A stretch of 64,000 nt of DNA from a virus, in the IMG/VR virus record IMGVR_UViG_3300030419_006839, positions 32,001 through 96,000 of that record; one strand, 5' to 3'. The translations under genes were made by a program, and so were the position numbers. Numbering within the stretch: position 1 is the first letter of the stretch; every line of letters begins with the position of its first letter. The notes beneath the pieces were generated by a model that was given only the letters and a program-made list of their open reading frames with translations, had not been told where the DNA came from and made no database searches. Positions 22,766 through 33,124 of the stretch are shown here, in pieces.

Positions 22766-22820
22766 AGTTAGTGTGAGGTTGTCGATATTCTAGTAAAGAA
22801 ATTGAATTTTACCTGTTATA
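22763..22820 (+). promoter_or_regulatory. tandem class-1 (TAAA-N14-GTCGATAT) and class-2-like (AGTAAA-N15-CTGTTATA) promoters for dnaE
   Basis: Both recurring motifs lie directly upstream of the dnaE RBS. Confidence 0.65.
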
Positions 22821-22852
22821 TAATATAACTGATAATAACTAAGGAGTAATAA

Positions 22853-25800
22853 ATGGGATACGTTCCATTACATGTACATTCACACTTTTCACTACTTGAT
22901 GGTTTAGAATCACCAAAACAACTAATACAGAGGGCTAAAGATGTTGGTATAGATGCATTAGCCTTAACTGATCATGGTACTATGGGTGGTCTTATAGATT
23001 TTTATTTTAGCTGTAAAGAAGAAAACATAAAGCCAATTATGGGTTCTGAATTTTATTTTGCAGAAGATAGATTAATTAAAGAAAAAACTGCTCATGGAAA
23101 TTCTAACTATCATCAAACAATTCTTGCAAAAAACATAGAAGGTTGGAAAAACTTAATCACTCTGACTACAGAAGCAGCATCAACTGGTTTTTATAGAAAC
23201 CCTAGAATAGATTTTTCCTTATTAGAACAACATAATGATGGATTAATAGTTGGATCTGGTTGTGCTGCTAGTATAATAAGTAAATGTATTGAATCTGATG
23301 ACTTTTCTAAAGTCAAATGGCTATTTAACTTCTTTAAAAAGAATTTTGATGGAAGATTTTTTGCTGAATTAACCTCCATAGAAAATATATATGAAAATGG
23401 AGACTTAGCCGTAGATCAGAAAAAGATAAATAAATACCTAATTCAATATGCTAAAGAGTTTGGTATTCCTTTCACAATAATGTCAGATGCCCACTACGCT
23501 GAAAAAGAGCATTATGATGAACACGATCTTCTACTTGCAGTTCAGACTAAGAAAAAACTGAAAGATAAAGATAGATTTAGATTTGGAACTAAAGAAGTTT
23601 GGCTAAAAAGTGAAGATGATATGTGGGATTATTGGCATAGAGAAGGTAAGGATCATATATCAGAAGATGATTTTGCTACAGCACTAGAAAATACTGTTAA
23701 AATAGCAGAAATGACTTCTATTGATTTAGAAGAATATTATAAATCATATCGTATGCCTAAACTAGATGTTAAAGATGCAAGAGAAGCTCTCTTTAATCGT
23801 GCTTTAAACAATAAAGAAAGAACTATGTTAATAAACAGGTTGTCTGACTCAGAACAATCTAAATATGTTTCTAGGTTAAATCGTGAATTAAATTTAATAG
23901 TAGATCAAGGATTTGCATCTTATTTCATGATGACTGCGGATTTAACTGACCATATGCGTGAGAATAAGATAATGAAAGGTTTAGCTAGAGGTTCCGCAGG
24001 AGGCTCTCTTTTGGCGTATATGCTTGGCATTACCGATATTGACCCTATCACACACAACCTATCATTTGAACGCTTCATGAACGAAGATAAAGCGTCTATG
24101 CCCGATATAGATATAGACATAGATGATGAAAAACGACAAGAAATCTTAGACTATTTTATAGGTAAATATGGAACAGACAACGTTTCTCAAATAGGAACTA
24201 GAATAACAATGCAATCTAAGTTAGCTAGTAAAGATGTTGGTAGAACTTTAGGTATTTCTTTCGATAAGTTAAATGATTTAAGTGATGATTTGGAAGTCTT
24301 ATCTACAGTTAACAACTTCAAGGGAACAAAGGAGGAAATAAACAACATTATTTCAGGTTTGAATGAACAATTAATCAGTTCAAATCCATCTCAGAATAGT
24401 AAGTTAACTAAGAAATTAGAATCTTGGAAAAAAATTAAAAATATTTCTGAAAAACACCCACAATGGCTACCTATGTCATCTAGAGTGTCTGGAAAACCAA
24501 AAGCAATAGGTAAACATGCTGCAGGTATTGTTGTGGCAGATGACTCATTAAAGAAAATATTACCACTACAACATGCTAAGAATGAAACATTGGTGACTGA
24601 GTGGTCTGATGGCCTTTCAAGAAAAGAATTATCTGATGTTGTAAAGGTATTAAAGTTTGATTTATTGGGGCTTTCTAATTTAGGTATAATTCAGAACACT
24701 ATTGACCTTATTAGACAGAGACATAATGAAACAAAAAGATTAGATTTAAATCTTTCTGACCAAAACATACTAAATTCAATCGTTTTAGATGATCCGTATG
24801 TTTTTGACAATTGTTTACCTAATAAATTAATGGGAGTTTTTCAATTTGACACATATGCTGCAGAAAGAGTGCTTAATCTTATAACTCCTGAGAATATTAT
24901 TGAACTTTGTGCATTAAATGCCATGAATAGACCTGCTGCTTTACAGGCAAATGTTCCATTTATGTACGCACAGAGAAAAACTGGAAAAACAAAAATAGAA
25001 TATTCCCATCCATTAATGGAAGAAATATTAAAGGAAACCTATGGATTAATAATATATCAAGAGCAAGTCATGGAGATTGCCAATAAGATAGGAGGATTAA
25101 CTCCAGCAGAAACAGATAAGTTTAGAAAGGTTCTAGTTAAGGTAACTGAATCTAATAAAGAAAAAGAAGATAAAGAAAGGATAAGTTTAATTGATAAATT
25201 TCAGGTTGGTGCATTAGAGAAAGGAATGAGTCCTGATGACATAGTTTCTTTATCAGAAAAGTTAATTTATTTTTCAGGATATGGGTTTAATAAATCTCAT
25301 AGTAGATCTTATGCCTTATTAGCATATTACACTATGTATTTAAAAACTTATTTTTATCCAGAATTTTTAACGGCATATTTAAATAAAAGACCAGAGAATT
25401 TAGATAGAGCTATAAGAGAAGCTGGATTCGATATGTTTTTACCAGTAGATGTGAATCAATCTAATAATAGTTTTATTTTAGATGAAAGTGGTAGAATAAG
25501 AGTAGGTTTTTCAGCAATAAAAGGTTTAGGTGCAGTTGCAGTAAAGGAAATAGTAGAAAAAAGACCTTTTATGGACTTAGATGATTTAAAAAATAAGGTT
25601 GAAAAAAGAAAGGTAAATAAGACTAGAATTTCTGCGTTAATAAAGAGTGGTGCTTTAACTTCTTTGAAGGTGAAAACCAACCTAGAGTCTGAGTTACAGG
25701 TTTTAGGAATACCTCTTTGGTCAATTAAAAAACAACTTTTCTTGATAAAAAGATTAAAAAATGATCTTAGATTACCTGCTAGAGGTAGTCAGGTTTTAAA

Positions 25801-26065
25801 CAATGAGGATATAGACTACGTTGAAGATGGAACTTCTGTAATTTCTTTAGGATTTATAAATAAGATTGAAAAGAAATTTAAATCTGGAGGATATTTGGCA
25901 GAGTTATATGATGGAACTTCATATGTTTCCCTAGTTAAGTATTCTTTAAATCAAAATGATACATACCCTAGATTGGGTCAAATAGTATTGATTGAAGGGG
26001 AAAAGAAGACATATGCTAAACACAACTCTACTCAATTAATGGTCAATAGGGTAAAGGGGTTTTAA
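22853..26065 (+). CDS. dnaE: DNA polymerase III alpha subunit (C-family)
   Basis: PHP LHVHSHFSLLDG, ALTDHG, RGSAGGSL, MPDIDID, KFDLLGL, YGFNKSH. Confidence 0.97.
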   Translation: MGYVPLHVHSHFSLLDGLESPKQLIQRAKDVGIDALALTDHGTMGGLIDFYFSCKEENIKPIMGSEFYFAEDRLIKEKTAHGNSNYHQTILAKNIEGWKNLITLTTEAASTGFYRNPRIDFSLLEQHNDGLIVGSGCAASIISKCIESDDFSKVKWLFNFFKKNFDGRFFAELTSIENIYENGDLAVDQKKINKYLIQYAKEFGIPFTIMSDAHYAEKEHYDEHDLLLAVQTKKKLKDKDRFRFGTKEVWLKSEDDMWDYWHREGKDHISEDDFATALENTVKIAEMTSIDLEEYYKSYRMPKLDVKDAREALFNRALNNKERTMLINRLSDSEQSKYVSRLNRELNLIVDQGFASYFMMTADLTDHMRENKIMKGLARGSAGGSLLAYMLGITDIDPITHNLSFERFMNEDKASMPDIDIDIDDEKRQEILDYFIGKYGTDNVSQIGTRITMQSKLASKDVGRTLGISFDKLNDLSDDLEVLSTVNNFKGTKEEINNIISGLNEQLISSNPSQNSKLTKKLESWKKIKNISEKHPQWLPMSSRVSGKPKAIGKHAAGIVVADDSLKKILPLQHAKNETLVTEWSDGLSRKELSDVVKVLKFDLLGLSNLGIIQNTIDLIRQRHNETKRLDLNLSDQNILNSIVLDDPYVFDNCLPNKLMGVFQFDTYAAERVLNLITPENIIELCALNAMNRPAALQANVPFMYAQRKTGKTKIEYSHPLMEEILKETYGLIIYQEQVMEIANKIGGLTPAETDKFRKVLVKVTESNKEKEDKERISLIDKFQVGALEKGMSPDDIVSLSEKLIYFSGYGFNKSHSRSYALLAYYTMYLKTYFYPEFLTAYLNKRPENLDRAIREAGFDMFLPVDVNQSNNSFILDESGRIRVGFSAIKGLGAVAVKEIVEKRPFMDLDDLKNKVEKRKVNKTRISALIKSGALTSLKVKTNLESELQVLGIPLWSIKKQLFLIKRLKNDLRLPARGSQVLNNEDIDYVEDGTSVISLGFINKIEKKFKSGGYLAELYDGTSYVSLVKYSLNQNDTYPRLGQIVLIEGEKKTYAKHNSTQLMVNRVKGF

Positions 26066-26838
26066 TGAAAAAAATTATTATTGTTTTGTTTTTATTTTCA
26101 ATTAGTTGTTTTGCAAAAGATCTTTATCATAATAAAAATCTTATTTATTTTTGGAATTTTGATAATGAAAGAAGATTTTTAATAGACGTTAAATCAAATA
26201 CAATAGCACATAAAAGAGGAACTGTAAGGTGGATTCCAAGAGAGTATTCATATAATAATTCACCTGTTATTCATATACATGGTAATATAGATCCTAATTC
26301 TAGTTTTACAATACCTGCTAGATACCTTGAGCGTGAATTAAATGAGTGGACACTTGATTTTGAGTTTGGGGCTGGAAGTCATGATTTGGATCATACAAAT
26401 AGGGATAATGGAGAATTAATGCCCTTTGGTCAGATACTCAGATGGGGTGATTTAAGAATTACTTTTTATCAAGATTCTGCTCAAGGATGGAAAGGAATCG
26501 TGAGAATAATATATCAGGGTCAGAAGAGAACTATTGAGTATTTACGAGGGTTTAAATATTATTACATGGCAGTTAGATCGGAAGAAAATGGTATTTCAAT
26601 TTGGCTAGATTCTTATTGTACTGATTATATTGAGATACCTAGAACTTCTGTAGTTGGTTTACCAATAGTTTTTGGAGGTAATGGGTTTGCTGGTAGGTTT
26701 GATGATATAAAGGTCTATAATGAAAGACTTAAACCCTGGGAAATAACAAGTAATTATTGGGGGAAAGAGTTAAATATTGAATCTAAAGACAAATTAATAT
26801 TTTTATGGTCAAAAATAAAAAAACAAGGAGATTTATAG
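26065..26838 (+). CDS. secreted LamG/ConA-like lectin-domain protein with Poribacteria-type C-terminal motif
   Basis: Signal peptide; LIYFWNFD and FAGRFDDIKVYNERL LamG hallmarks; terminal IESKDKLIFLWSKIK. Confidence 0.75.
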   Translation: MKKIIIVLFLFSISCFAKDLYHNKNLIYFWNFDNERRFLIDVKSNTIAHKRGTVRWIPREYSYNNSPVIHIHGNIDPNSSFTIPARYLERELNEWTLDFEFGAGSHDLDHTNRDNGELMPFGQILRWGDLRITFYQDSAQGWKGIVRIIYQGQKRTIEYLRGFKYYYMAVRSEENGISIWLDSYCTDYIEIPRTSVVGLPIVFGGNGFAGRFDDIKVYNERLKPWEITSNYWGKELNIESKDKLIFLWSKIKKQGDL

Positions 26839-26839
26839 A

Positions 26840-27085
26840 ATGGTAAATACGAAAATATTTATTGTTCTTTTAAAATATGGTTGGAATGTGAGAAGAAAAA
26901 ATTGGTGGTATAGGTTTCCATTTATTCCAATACCACCAAGAAATTGGTTGTTGTGGAGGTTTGAAACAGCTTGGGGGATTGATTCAAGAACATTCAAACT
27001 ATCAGACTTACCTCCTGTTAATAAAATAATTAAAGATGTTTGGAAGTTTGGACATTGGTTGAGTTATATAGGGAGATATAGATGA
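26840..27085 (+). CDS. Trp-rich hypothetical protein
   Basis: ORF with RBS in operon. Confidence 0.55.
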   Translation: MVNTKIFIVLLKYGWNVRRKNWWYRFPFIPIPPRNWLLWRFETAWGIDSRTFKLSDLPPVNKIIKDVWKFGHWLSYIGRYR

Positions 27086-27627
27086 AGAAAGAACGGGGAA
27101 GAAAAAGAACTAAGAAATATGAAAAAGGAAATGAAGCTTGGAATTTAAAAGATTCTGATTGGAGATGCCCATCTTGCTCTAGACTTAAGGATGAAATATT
27201 AAGATTTGAGGATGGTAAGTGGATTGGGGGTCTTCATGAACATCATGACCATTCAAATGATTGGCAAAGTAGGAGTGATGCAAGTAGGGTTAAGTTTCTA
27301 GCAATACATATTTGTGATCAATGTAATCATGCAGATGGATTAATTAAAAAACAATATCCTGGAATAATTGATGATGAGTTCTCTTTCTCACCGATTCAAA
27401 TTGGAATGTTTGTTACAGCTAGTCCGAATAAAAAGCATAGGATAAACTATGTCAAAGCATTAGAAATATACTATGAAGAAATTGATATGGGTATGGATGA
27501 ATTTGAGATCTATTATAGAGATATGGTTAATGATGAAACTAACAACTTTGCTATTCATGCGATATATAAAAGAATGATTAAAGAAGGAACTAAGCCATCG
27601 ACCTACTTTGAGAGCCAATATGTATAA
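27082..27627 (+). CDS. Zn-binding His-Me (HNH/endoVII-like) protein
   Basis: CPSC...HEHHDH...ICDQCN. Confidence 0.55.
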   Translation: MKKERGRKRTKKYEKGNEAWNLKDSDWRCPSCSRLKDEILRFEDGKWIGGLHEHHDHSNDWQSRSDASRVKFLAIHICDQCNHADGLIKKQYPGIIDDEFSFSPIQIGMFVTASPNKKHRINYVKALEIYYEEIDMGMDEFEIYYRDMVNDETNNFAIHAIYKRMIKEGTKPSTYFESQYV

Positions 27628-28600
27628 GATAGAAACTATTAAAATAAATAATGTTCAGTCTTGGAAAAATGCTACTTTTAATTTCAGCAACTTTAATATT
27701 ATCAGAGGAAGATCTAATTCTGGTAAAAGTGCCTTAATTAAATCAATATCAATGGTTTTTGCAAATGAGTGGGATTCTTCTTGGTTAAGGCAGGGAGAAA
27801 ACACTTGTTTCGTAGAAATATACTTTAAAGGTGGTAATTACATTAAAAGAATTAGAGGAAGTCAGAATAGTGTTGAAATAAAAAACGAAAAAGGATCAAA
27901 TAAATATACAAGCTTTTCTACTAAGTATCCTCAAGAAGTTTTAGATTTTTTAAACAATACTGACTACAACATAGGTTTTCAATTTGATTCTCACTTTTTT
28001 ATAAGTGAATCTCCAAATAAGAGAGCTAATACGCTTAGTTCTTTTACTGATTTGTCAAAGGTTGATAATATGTTGGATAGGGTTAAGTCATTAATAAATG
28101 AGAATAGAAGTAATAAGAAATTTGTAACAAATGAAATAGAAAACATAACTGATAAAATAAATAAAAAAAATAATGAAAGTTTTCCAAACAAGGATGATGT
28201 AGTTAATCTAATAAAGGAATTATCACTTGTTGAAGAAATGAAGAAAAAACTATCATTTAGGCAAGAGTTAAGTAACGTGAATAGTAATATCATATTATTA
28301 TCAAGATCCTTACTACTTAGGAAAAGTTTTAAAAGGTTATCCTTAAATAGAGATTTAGTTAATTTAAAAAAAATAATGATGAAAGAGGAAGTTTATTCTG
28401 AAATAATAAGTAAGTTAAAAGTTATTTCAAAAAGAAAAAACTTTTTAAAAAGTACTCAAGAGTTGAAAGTTGTCAACGAAACCTTAGACTTTATTTCTTT
28501 AAAAATTAAAGAATTAGAGAAAGAAAAAGTTGGGAAAATTTGTCCAACTTGCAATACTGAATATAGAGGTGCAATTAGTAATGGTACATTTAATTCGTAA
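27620..28600 (+). CDS. SbcC/Rad50-like ATPase, N-terminal half only
   Basis: Walker A GRSNSGKS, Q-loop (FQFD), coiled coil, ends just after the zinc hook CPTC; no signature motif or Walker B. Confidence 0.85.
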   Translation: MYKIETIKINNVQSWKNATFNFSNFNIIRGRSNSGKSALIKSISMVFANEWDSSWLRQGENTCFVEIYFKGGNYIKRIRGSQNSVEIKNEKGSNKYTSFSTKYPQEVLDFLNNTDYNIGFQFDSHFFISESPNKRANTLSSFTDLSKVDNMLDRVKSLINENRSNKKFVTNEIENITDKINKKNNESFPNKDDVVNLIKELSLVEEMKKKLSFRQELSNVNSNIILLSRSLLLRKSFKRLSLNRDLVNLKKIMMKEEVYSEIISKLKVISKRKNFLKSTQELKVVNETLDFISLKIKELEKEKVGKICPTCNTEYRGAISNGTFNS

Positions 28601-28832
28601 AGAAGGATATAAGGAATATCAGGTTTTTTTATCTTCTATGAATGAAAGTTCTTCCATAATAGAAGTAGTTACTTATGACGCATTGGAACCAAGAAAAGAT
28701 TCGTTACCGTTGTGGGTAGACACAAATAATGTAGAAATACAAAATTCAGACCAAGTAGAATCTAAATTCCATAGTTTTATGGATAATGAAGGCACAGAAA
28801 AAATAACAACTTTAGGTGGGTTTCGTAACTAA
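28581..28832 (+). CDS. hypothetical protein
   Basis: GAGGT RBS, ORF in operon. Confidence 0.5.
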   Translation: MVHLIRKEGYKEYQVFLSSMNESSSIIEVVTYDALEPRKDSLPLWVDTNNVEIQNSDQVESKFHSFMDNEGTEKITTLGGFRN

Positions 28833-29053
28833 TGAAAGATCTTAGAGAATGGAGTATAATTAGCTCTGGTGATAAAAACTACATAATTGTAGATTATGAC
28901 TATGAAAATTATGAAGCGGAATTAGCTGAATGGACTTTCGAGATAGGAGATAAAACTGCTTTACAAATCGTAGAAAACATTCTAGATTTAAAATCTGAAA
29001 TGTTCTTAGATATAAATCAAGTAAAAAAAATGGAAAGATTATTTGAATGGTAG
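28832..29053 (+). CDS. acidic hypothetical protein
   Basis: Translationally coupled ORF. Confidence 0.5.
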   Translation: MKDLREWSIISSGDKNYIIVDYDYENYEAELAEWTFEIGDKTALQIVENILDLKSEMFLDINQVKKMERLFEW

Positions 29054-29221
29054 GTTTATTATGAGTAAGAAAAAAGAAACTAGTGTTAAAGATGTTTATA
29101 ATGACTATACAAACAATTACGGTTGTTGGTCTATATCTGATATAATAAGTGAATTGTGTGAAATAAAACGAGAAAAGAAGCTTAATAGTGAATATAGTTT
29201 CTTTTTTTCTGAAAAAAAACC

Positions 29222-29255
29222 TAAAGTTAAATCAAAATAGTCGATATATATAATA
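29222..29255 (+). promoter_or_regulatory. class-1 sigma28-like promoter
   Basis: TAAA-N14-GTCGATAT ATATAATA. Confidence 0.7.
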
Positions 29256-29287
29256 TAGGCATTTCAAACCTAATTTGGAGGGGAGAT

Positions 29288-29488
29288 ATGAGTATTGTTG
29301 TTTTAGAAAAAGAAGAAGGTGTAATAAATGTAGACTTTAAAAAAATAAAAGAAAATAGAGATAGACAAAAGACATTCCAAGAATTATTGTCTACAATAGA
29401 TCTAACTCCACTTGAACCAGAAAATATACAATATCATGAAGAAATAACTTTATTTCAAACAATAGAGAAGGATGACTGTGAAAATTGA
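29288..29488 (+). CDS. hypothetical protein
   Basis: GGAG RBS downstream of the promoter. Confidence 0.55.
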   Translation: MSIVVLEKEEGVINVDFKKIKENRDRQKTFQELLSTIDLTPLEPENIQYHEEITLFQTIEKDDCEN

Positions 29489-29731
29489 TTATTTTAAAAG
29501 TTTAGTAGGCAAACATATATATGAATTAGTTATAGATGGTGGTCAAACATATAAGGACGTAAAAGTAGTTAAATTGCTATGGGACGATATGAATGATTTA
29601 ATTTACTTATCCTACATTGAAAATAATTCAATAGGTTTTTATTGTGATGTTAAAACAATAAAATCAGTATCAACAGATGGTGTTTTATCCCAATGGTTTG
29701 ATGAAGATGAAATATAAATTAGGAGGTGTAA

Positions 29732-29881
29732 ATGTCAGACGGTCCATGTCCTAAATGTTCCGTTCTAAAGGAAAAGTTTGGAAAATATTGGTGTTGGGTT
29801 GTTTTTAAAAACAACAAACTTAAAACAGTTTTAAGGACAAAAAAAGAAGCATTAAGTTGGGTGAGGAAAAATTGCGAATAG
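29732..29881 (+). CDS. small CxxC protein (MSDGPCPKCSVLKEK...), absent from the ORF track
   Basis: AGGAGGT RBS, 49 aa. Confidence 0.55.
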   Translation: MSDGPCPKCSVLKEKFGKYWCWVVFKNNKLKTVLRTKKEALSWVRKNCE

Positions 29882-30762
29882 TATTTTTTACAGACCCTCA
29901 TTTAAGTGTTAAAAAACCATCTTGTAGGAAAGATGATTATCATAATACAATAAACAGTAAGTTAGACGAAATAATACAAGAGTCTAAACTTAGTGATTAT
30001 GTTATAAGTGCAGGGGATATTTTCGATAGATATAATCCAGTGATAAGGACAATGAATGTTTTTATGAATTTCATAGATAAACTTCATTGTCCTTTAGTTT
30101 TGTGTGCTGGAAATCATGATTTACAAGGAAATAATTATGAACAAATAGAGTCTACAGGTATAGGACATGTTTGTAGATTTTTCTCTGATAAAAAGGTGGT
30201 GTTGTTAAATATAGATAGAAAAAAATATAGTTTAAGTCATAATGTAGACATTTGGTTTAAAGAAACTGATCCTATTAAAAGTATGAAGTTTTTTAATGTA
30301 GAAAAAGAAAAGGCAATTAATTTTGGCATTATTCATGATATGGTTATAAATAATGAGTTTTTTGATAATTTTACCTTATTGGAAGATTTTGAAACTAATT
30401 TGGATTTATTGTTTAATGGTCATTACCATCCAGGGCATGAACATAGATACATTAATAAAACTCATTTTGTTAATACTGGAGCAATGTCTAGAATGTCTTT
30501 AGGTAAGTCAGATATTACGAGAAAACCTAAGTATGCAATTATAACTGTGAATGAGGAGGAAAAAAATATAGAAGTAGATTATAAGTCGTTTGCTTCATAT
30601 GAGAAAGATGTTTTTCACCAAGTAATTAAGTCTTCATATCAAGAGTTTTTTGATAACATAGAGGAAAAAGCAATAGATAATGATGTTATTTCTTTTATGT
30701 TTGATGAATCAAACAAACTTAGTGAATCAGCTAGAAATGTTTTAAGGGAAATATATGATTAA
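29872..30762 (+). CDS. SbcD/Mre11-like metallophosphoesterase nuclease
   Basis: DPH, GDIFD, GNHD, HD, GHYH motifs. Confidence 0.9.
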   Translation: MRIVFFTDPHLSVKKPSCRKDDYHNTINSKLDEIIQESKLSDYVISAGDIFDRYNPVIRTMNVFMNFIDKLHCPLVLCAGNHDLQGNNYEQIESTGIGHVCRFFSDKKVVLLNIDRKKYSLSHNVDIWFKETDPIKSMKFFNVEKEKAINFGIIHDMVINNEFFDNFTLLEDFETNLDLLFNGHYHPGHEHRYINKTHFVNTGAMSRMSLGKSDITRKPKYAIITVNEEEKNIEVDYKSFASYEKDVFHQVIKSSYQEFFDNIEEKAIDNDVISFMFDESNKLSESARNVLREIYD

Positions 30763-31045
30763 GAATTTAAAAGAAGTATTAGCTAAAGAATATCCATATG
30801 CGGTTTATTTAGATTCTTTTGATGATTGTTTTGTTGGTATTTTAGAAAAGCAAGGATCTCCACAAACCTCATGTTACAATAAGGAGAAAATGATAATCAG
30901 TATGATGAAAAAGATGAACTTAAGTTTTGAAGAGACTAATCTCTTTTTTGAAAAATTTATATTAACTCAAGGTGCTGGATTGATAACTCCTTCATTTATT
31001 CATTTTCCTGTTGAGATAGAAAAAGATATATCGAGGCATATTTAA
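30755..31045 (+). CDS. conserved phage protein; paralogue of 35597-35836
   Basis: LDSFDDCFVG...YNKEKMI...TPSF. Confidence 0.6.
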   Translation: MIKNLKEVLAKEYPYAVYLDSFDDCFVGILEKQGSPQTSCYNKEKMIISMMKKMNLSFEETNLFFEKFILTQGAGLITPSFIHFPVEIEKDISRHI

Positions 31046-31272
31046 TGGAGTTTAATGAGATACAGGAAAAAATAAAAATGTATGAAATGGAATATCAAAA
31101 ACTCTTAGGAGTTAAAGAAAGATTAATTAAACAATTAGAAATGGAGGGATATTCAAAAGAAGAAATAGAAACAATAGATTTTGAAAAAGTTTCAATAGAA
31201 ATGGAAGAAAGTATATTGAATGTTAAGACAGAAATTGAAAAAATGGAAGAACAATTGGTCAGAAACAAATAA
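31045..31272 (+). CDS. small coiled-coil protein
   Basis: E/K-rich heptads. Confidence 0.55.
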   Translation: MEFNEIQEKIKMYEMEYQKLLGVKERLIKQLEMEGYSKEEIETIDFEKVSIEMEESILNVKTEIEKMEEQLVRNK

Positions 31273-31469
31273 TGTCCGATAATAAAAAGGAGTCATAAGT
31301 TGGAAATAACAATTAAAGTTACATGTTTTAATCCTGGTTGTGATGTTTTCATAACAACAACGTTAGAAGAATTTGATTCTACAACATGTAAGAACATAAT
31401 AAAACAATTATCTATAGAAGTAATGAACATTATGAACAACAGAGAGTTGGATAATAAAAAAGAGGAACA

Positions 31470-31736
31470 ATGATAGCATATTTGTTAGGGTCTATGATGA
31501 TGTTTTGTTTTACCTTTTCTTTCTTACCTCAAATAGGTAAGATGATGATTGGTAGAACTAACAAAAATGTAAGTATATTTATGATTATGCTACAGGTTAT
31601 AGGCTATTTTTGTGGTGTTGTTTTTCTAAAAGTAGAGAGTGTTGATAATGTTTTATTGTTTTTAAACTACCATGCAGGTTTGTTTATATCTGTTATTACT
31701 GCATGTGCTTGGTTGTATTGCAATAAGGTTGAATAG
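31470..31736 (+). CDS. PQ-loop/SemiSWEET-like transporter
   Basis: 3 TM helices, FSFLPQI motif, 88 aa. Confidence 0.7.
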   Translation: MIAYLLGSMMMFCFTFSFLPQIGKMMIGRTNKNVSIFMIMLQVIGYFCGVVFLKVESVDNVLLFLNYHAGLFISVITACAWLYCNKVE

Positions 31737-31818
31737 TTATGGATAATTTTGAGCTTACAGTAATTTGCTTAATATTTATATTAATAATATTATCTAACAA
31801 CCCTTAAGAGGTGTTATA

Positions 31819-32742
31819 TTGGAAACTTTTTTGTTATTAGGTTTTTTCATGTCTGCATACTCAGTTGTAGCTAATGATAGTATTCAGACTTTAGGTACTT
31901 TTATTTCGTCAAATAAGAATAAATCTTGGTATCAGTTGTGGATTTGGTTTGGTGGAATAATGATAGCAACAGCTACGATTGGATGGTTTCTAAATGGAGG
32001 AGATTTATCTTGGGGAAGATTGTCTACCATTCCATATCCAGATAAATTTAAATATAAGTTTTTACTAGCTCCAATTTGTCTATTAATACTAACTAGGATC
32101 GGTGTTCCTGTTTCAACAACGTTATTTACATTAACAACTTTTGCTTCAACACCAACCGTTATGAAAATGGTAAAAAAATCTGTAACTGGTTATGTCGTAG
32201 CTAGTGTAATATCATTTTTAATATGGATAGTAGTTGCAAATCACGTAAAAAAACACAAGAAGTGGTGGTCTAATGTTCCTCCTATTTGGAGTAAATTACA
32301 ATTAGTGTCCACTTCTTTTTTATGGATTACTTGGTTGATGCATGATACAGCTAATGAATGTGTGTTTCTTCCAAGAGATATATCCATTAACATGTTATTG
32401 TTGTATTTAATAACTTCATTTTCATTACTGGGTGTAATATTTTATATGAAAGGAGGTAAAATACAACAAGTAGTACAAAAAAAATCTGAAGTCATAAATA
32501 TAAAACAGGTTACTATTATTGACTTTGTTTATGGTAGTTTATTGTTTTCGTTTAAAGTAGTTAATCCAATACCGATGAGTACAACATGGTTGTTTGTTGG
32601 AATGTTGGCAGGTAGAGAAATAGCTATGACTCAAGTTTTAAAAAAGAAACAGAGAGAGGGTTTAGTTGGAGTAGGTTGGGATTTCGTTAGATTAGTTATT
32701 GGATTAATAATTAGTGTTGGTGTTGCTATATATTTACCTTAA
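31819..32742 (+). CDS. PiT/Pho4-like phosphate permease
   Basis: Multi-TM; duplicated signature ANDSIQTLG...PVSTT and HDTAN...PMSTTW. Confidence 0.7.
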   Translation: METFLLLGFFMSAYSVVANDSIQTLGTFISSNKNKSWYQLWIWFGGIMIATATIGWFLNGGDLSWGRLSTIPYPDKFKYKFLLAPICLLILTRIGVPVSTTLFTLTTFASTPTVMKMVKKSVTGYVVASVISFLIWIVVANHVKKHKKWWSNVPPIWSKLQLVSTSFLWITWLMHDTANECVFLPRDISINMLLLYLITSFSLLGVIFYMKGGKIQQVVQKKSEVINIKQVTIIDFVYGSLLFSFKVVNPIPMSTTWLFVGMLAGREIAMTQVLKKKQREGLVGVGWDFVRLVIGLIISVGVAIYLP

Positions 32743-32752
32743 AGGTTTAAAG

Positions 32753-33124
32753 ATGAAAAAATATGACCATTATAAATCAGTTCCTAAGTTTCCTTTTGAG
32801 ATTGGTACAAAGACACGAAAACCTAAATCTATTGCAGTTGTGGATGAAGGCAATTGCACTGGATGTCAGGTCTGCGTTCCTTTTTGTCCTGTTGACTGTA
32901 TTGAAGTTGATGATTTTTCTAATGGTAATGCTCCTATAAAACCAGTTAGAATACGATATAATGAATGCATTGGTTGTTCTATTTGTTCTACAGTGTGTAC
33001 TAAATTGACATGGGATGCCATACATATGATTAAAATAGCAGATTTTGAGTCTATGTTTCCAGGCATAGAAATTACAAATACTTTTGAAAATAATAATGAA
33101 GATAATGAGGTTATAGAAATATGA
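32753..33124 (+). CDS. 2[4Fe-4S] ferredoxin
   Basis: CTGCQVCVPFCP and CIGCSICSTVC. Confidence 0.9.
   Translation: MKKYDHYKSVPKFPFEIGTKTRKPKSIAVVDEGNCTGCQVCVPFCPVDCIEVDDFSNGNAPIKPVRIRYNECIGCSICSTVCTKLTWDAIHMIKIADFESMFPGIEITNTFENNNEDNEVIEI

Noticed and set aside
5006-26065. Many antisense ORFs inside tape measure, tail-tip and dnaE genes
   Set aside because: Ser/Leu/Phe-rich shadows of AT-rich coding strands, without RBSs
22853-26065. Intein or intron in dnaE
   Set aside because: Normal length, motifs colinear, no intein or LAGLIDADG signatures seen
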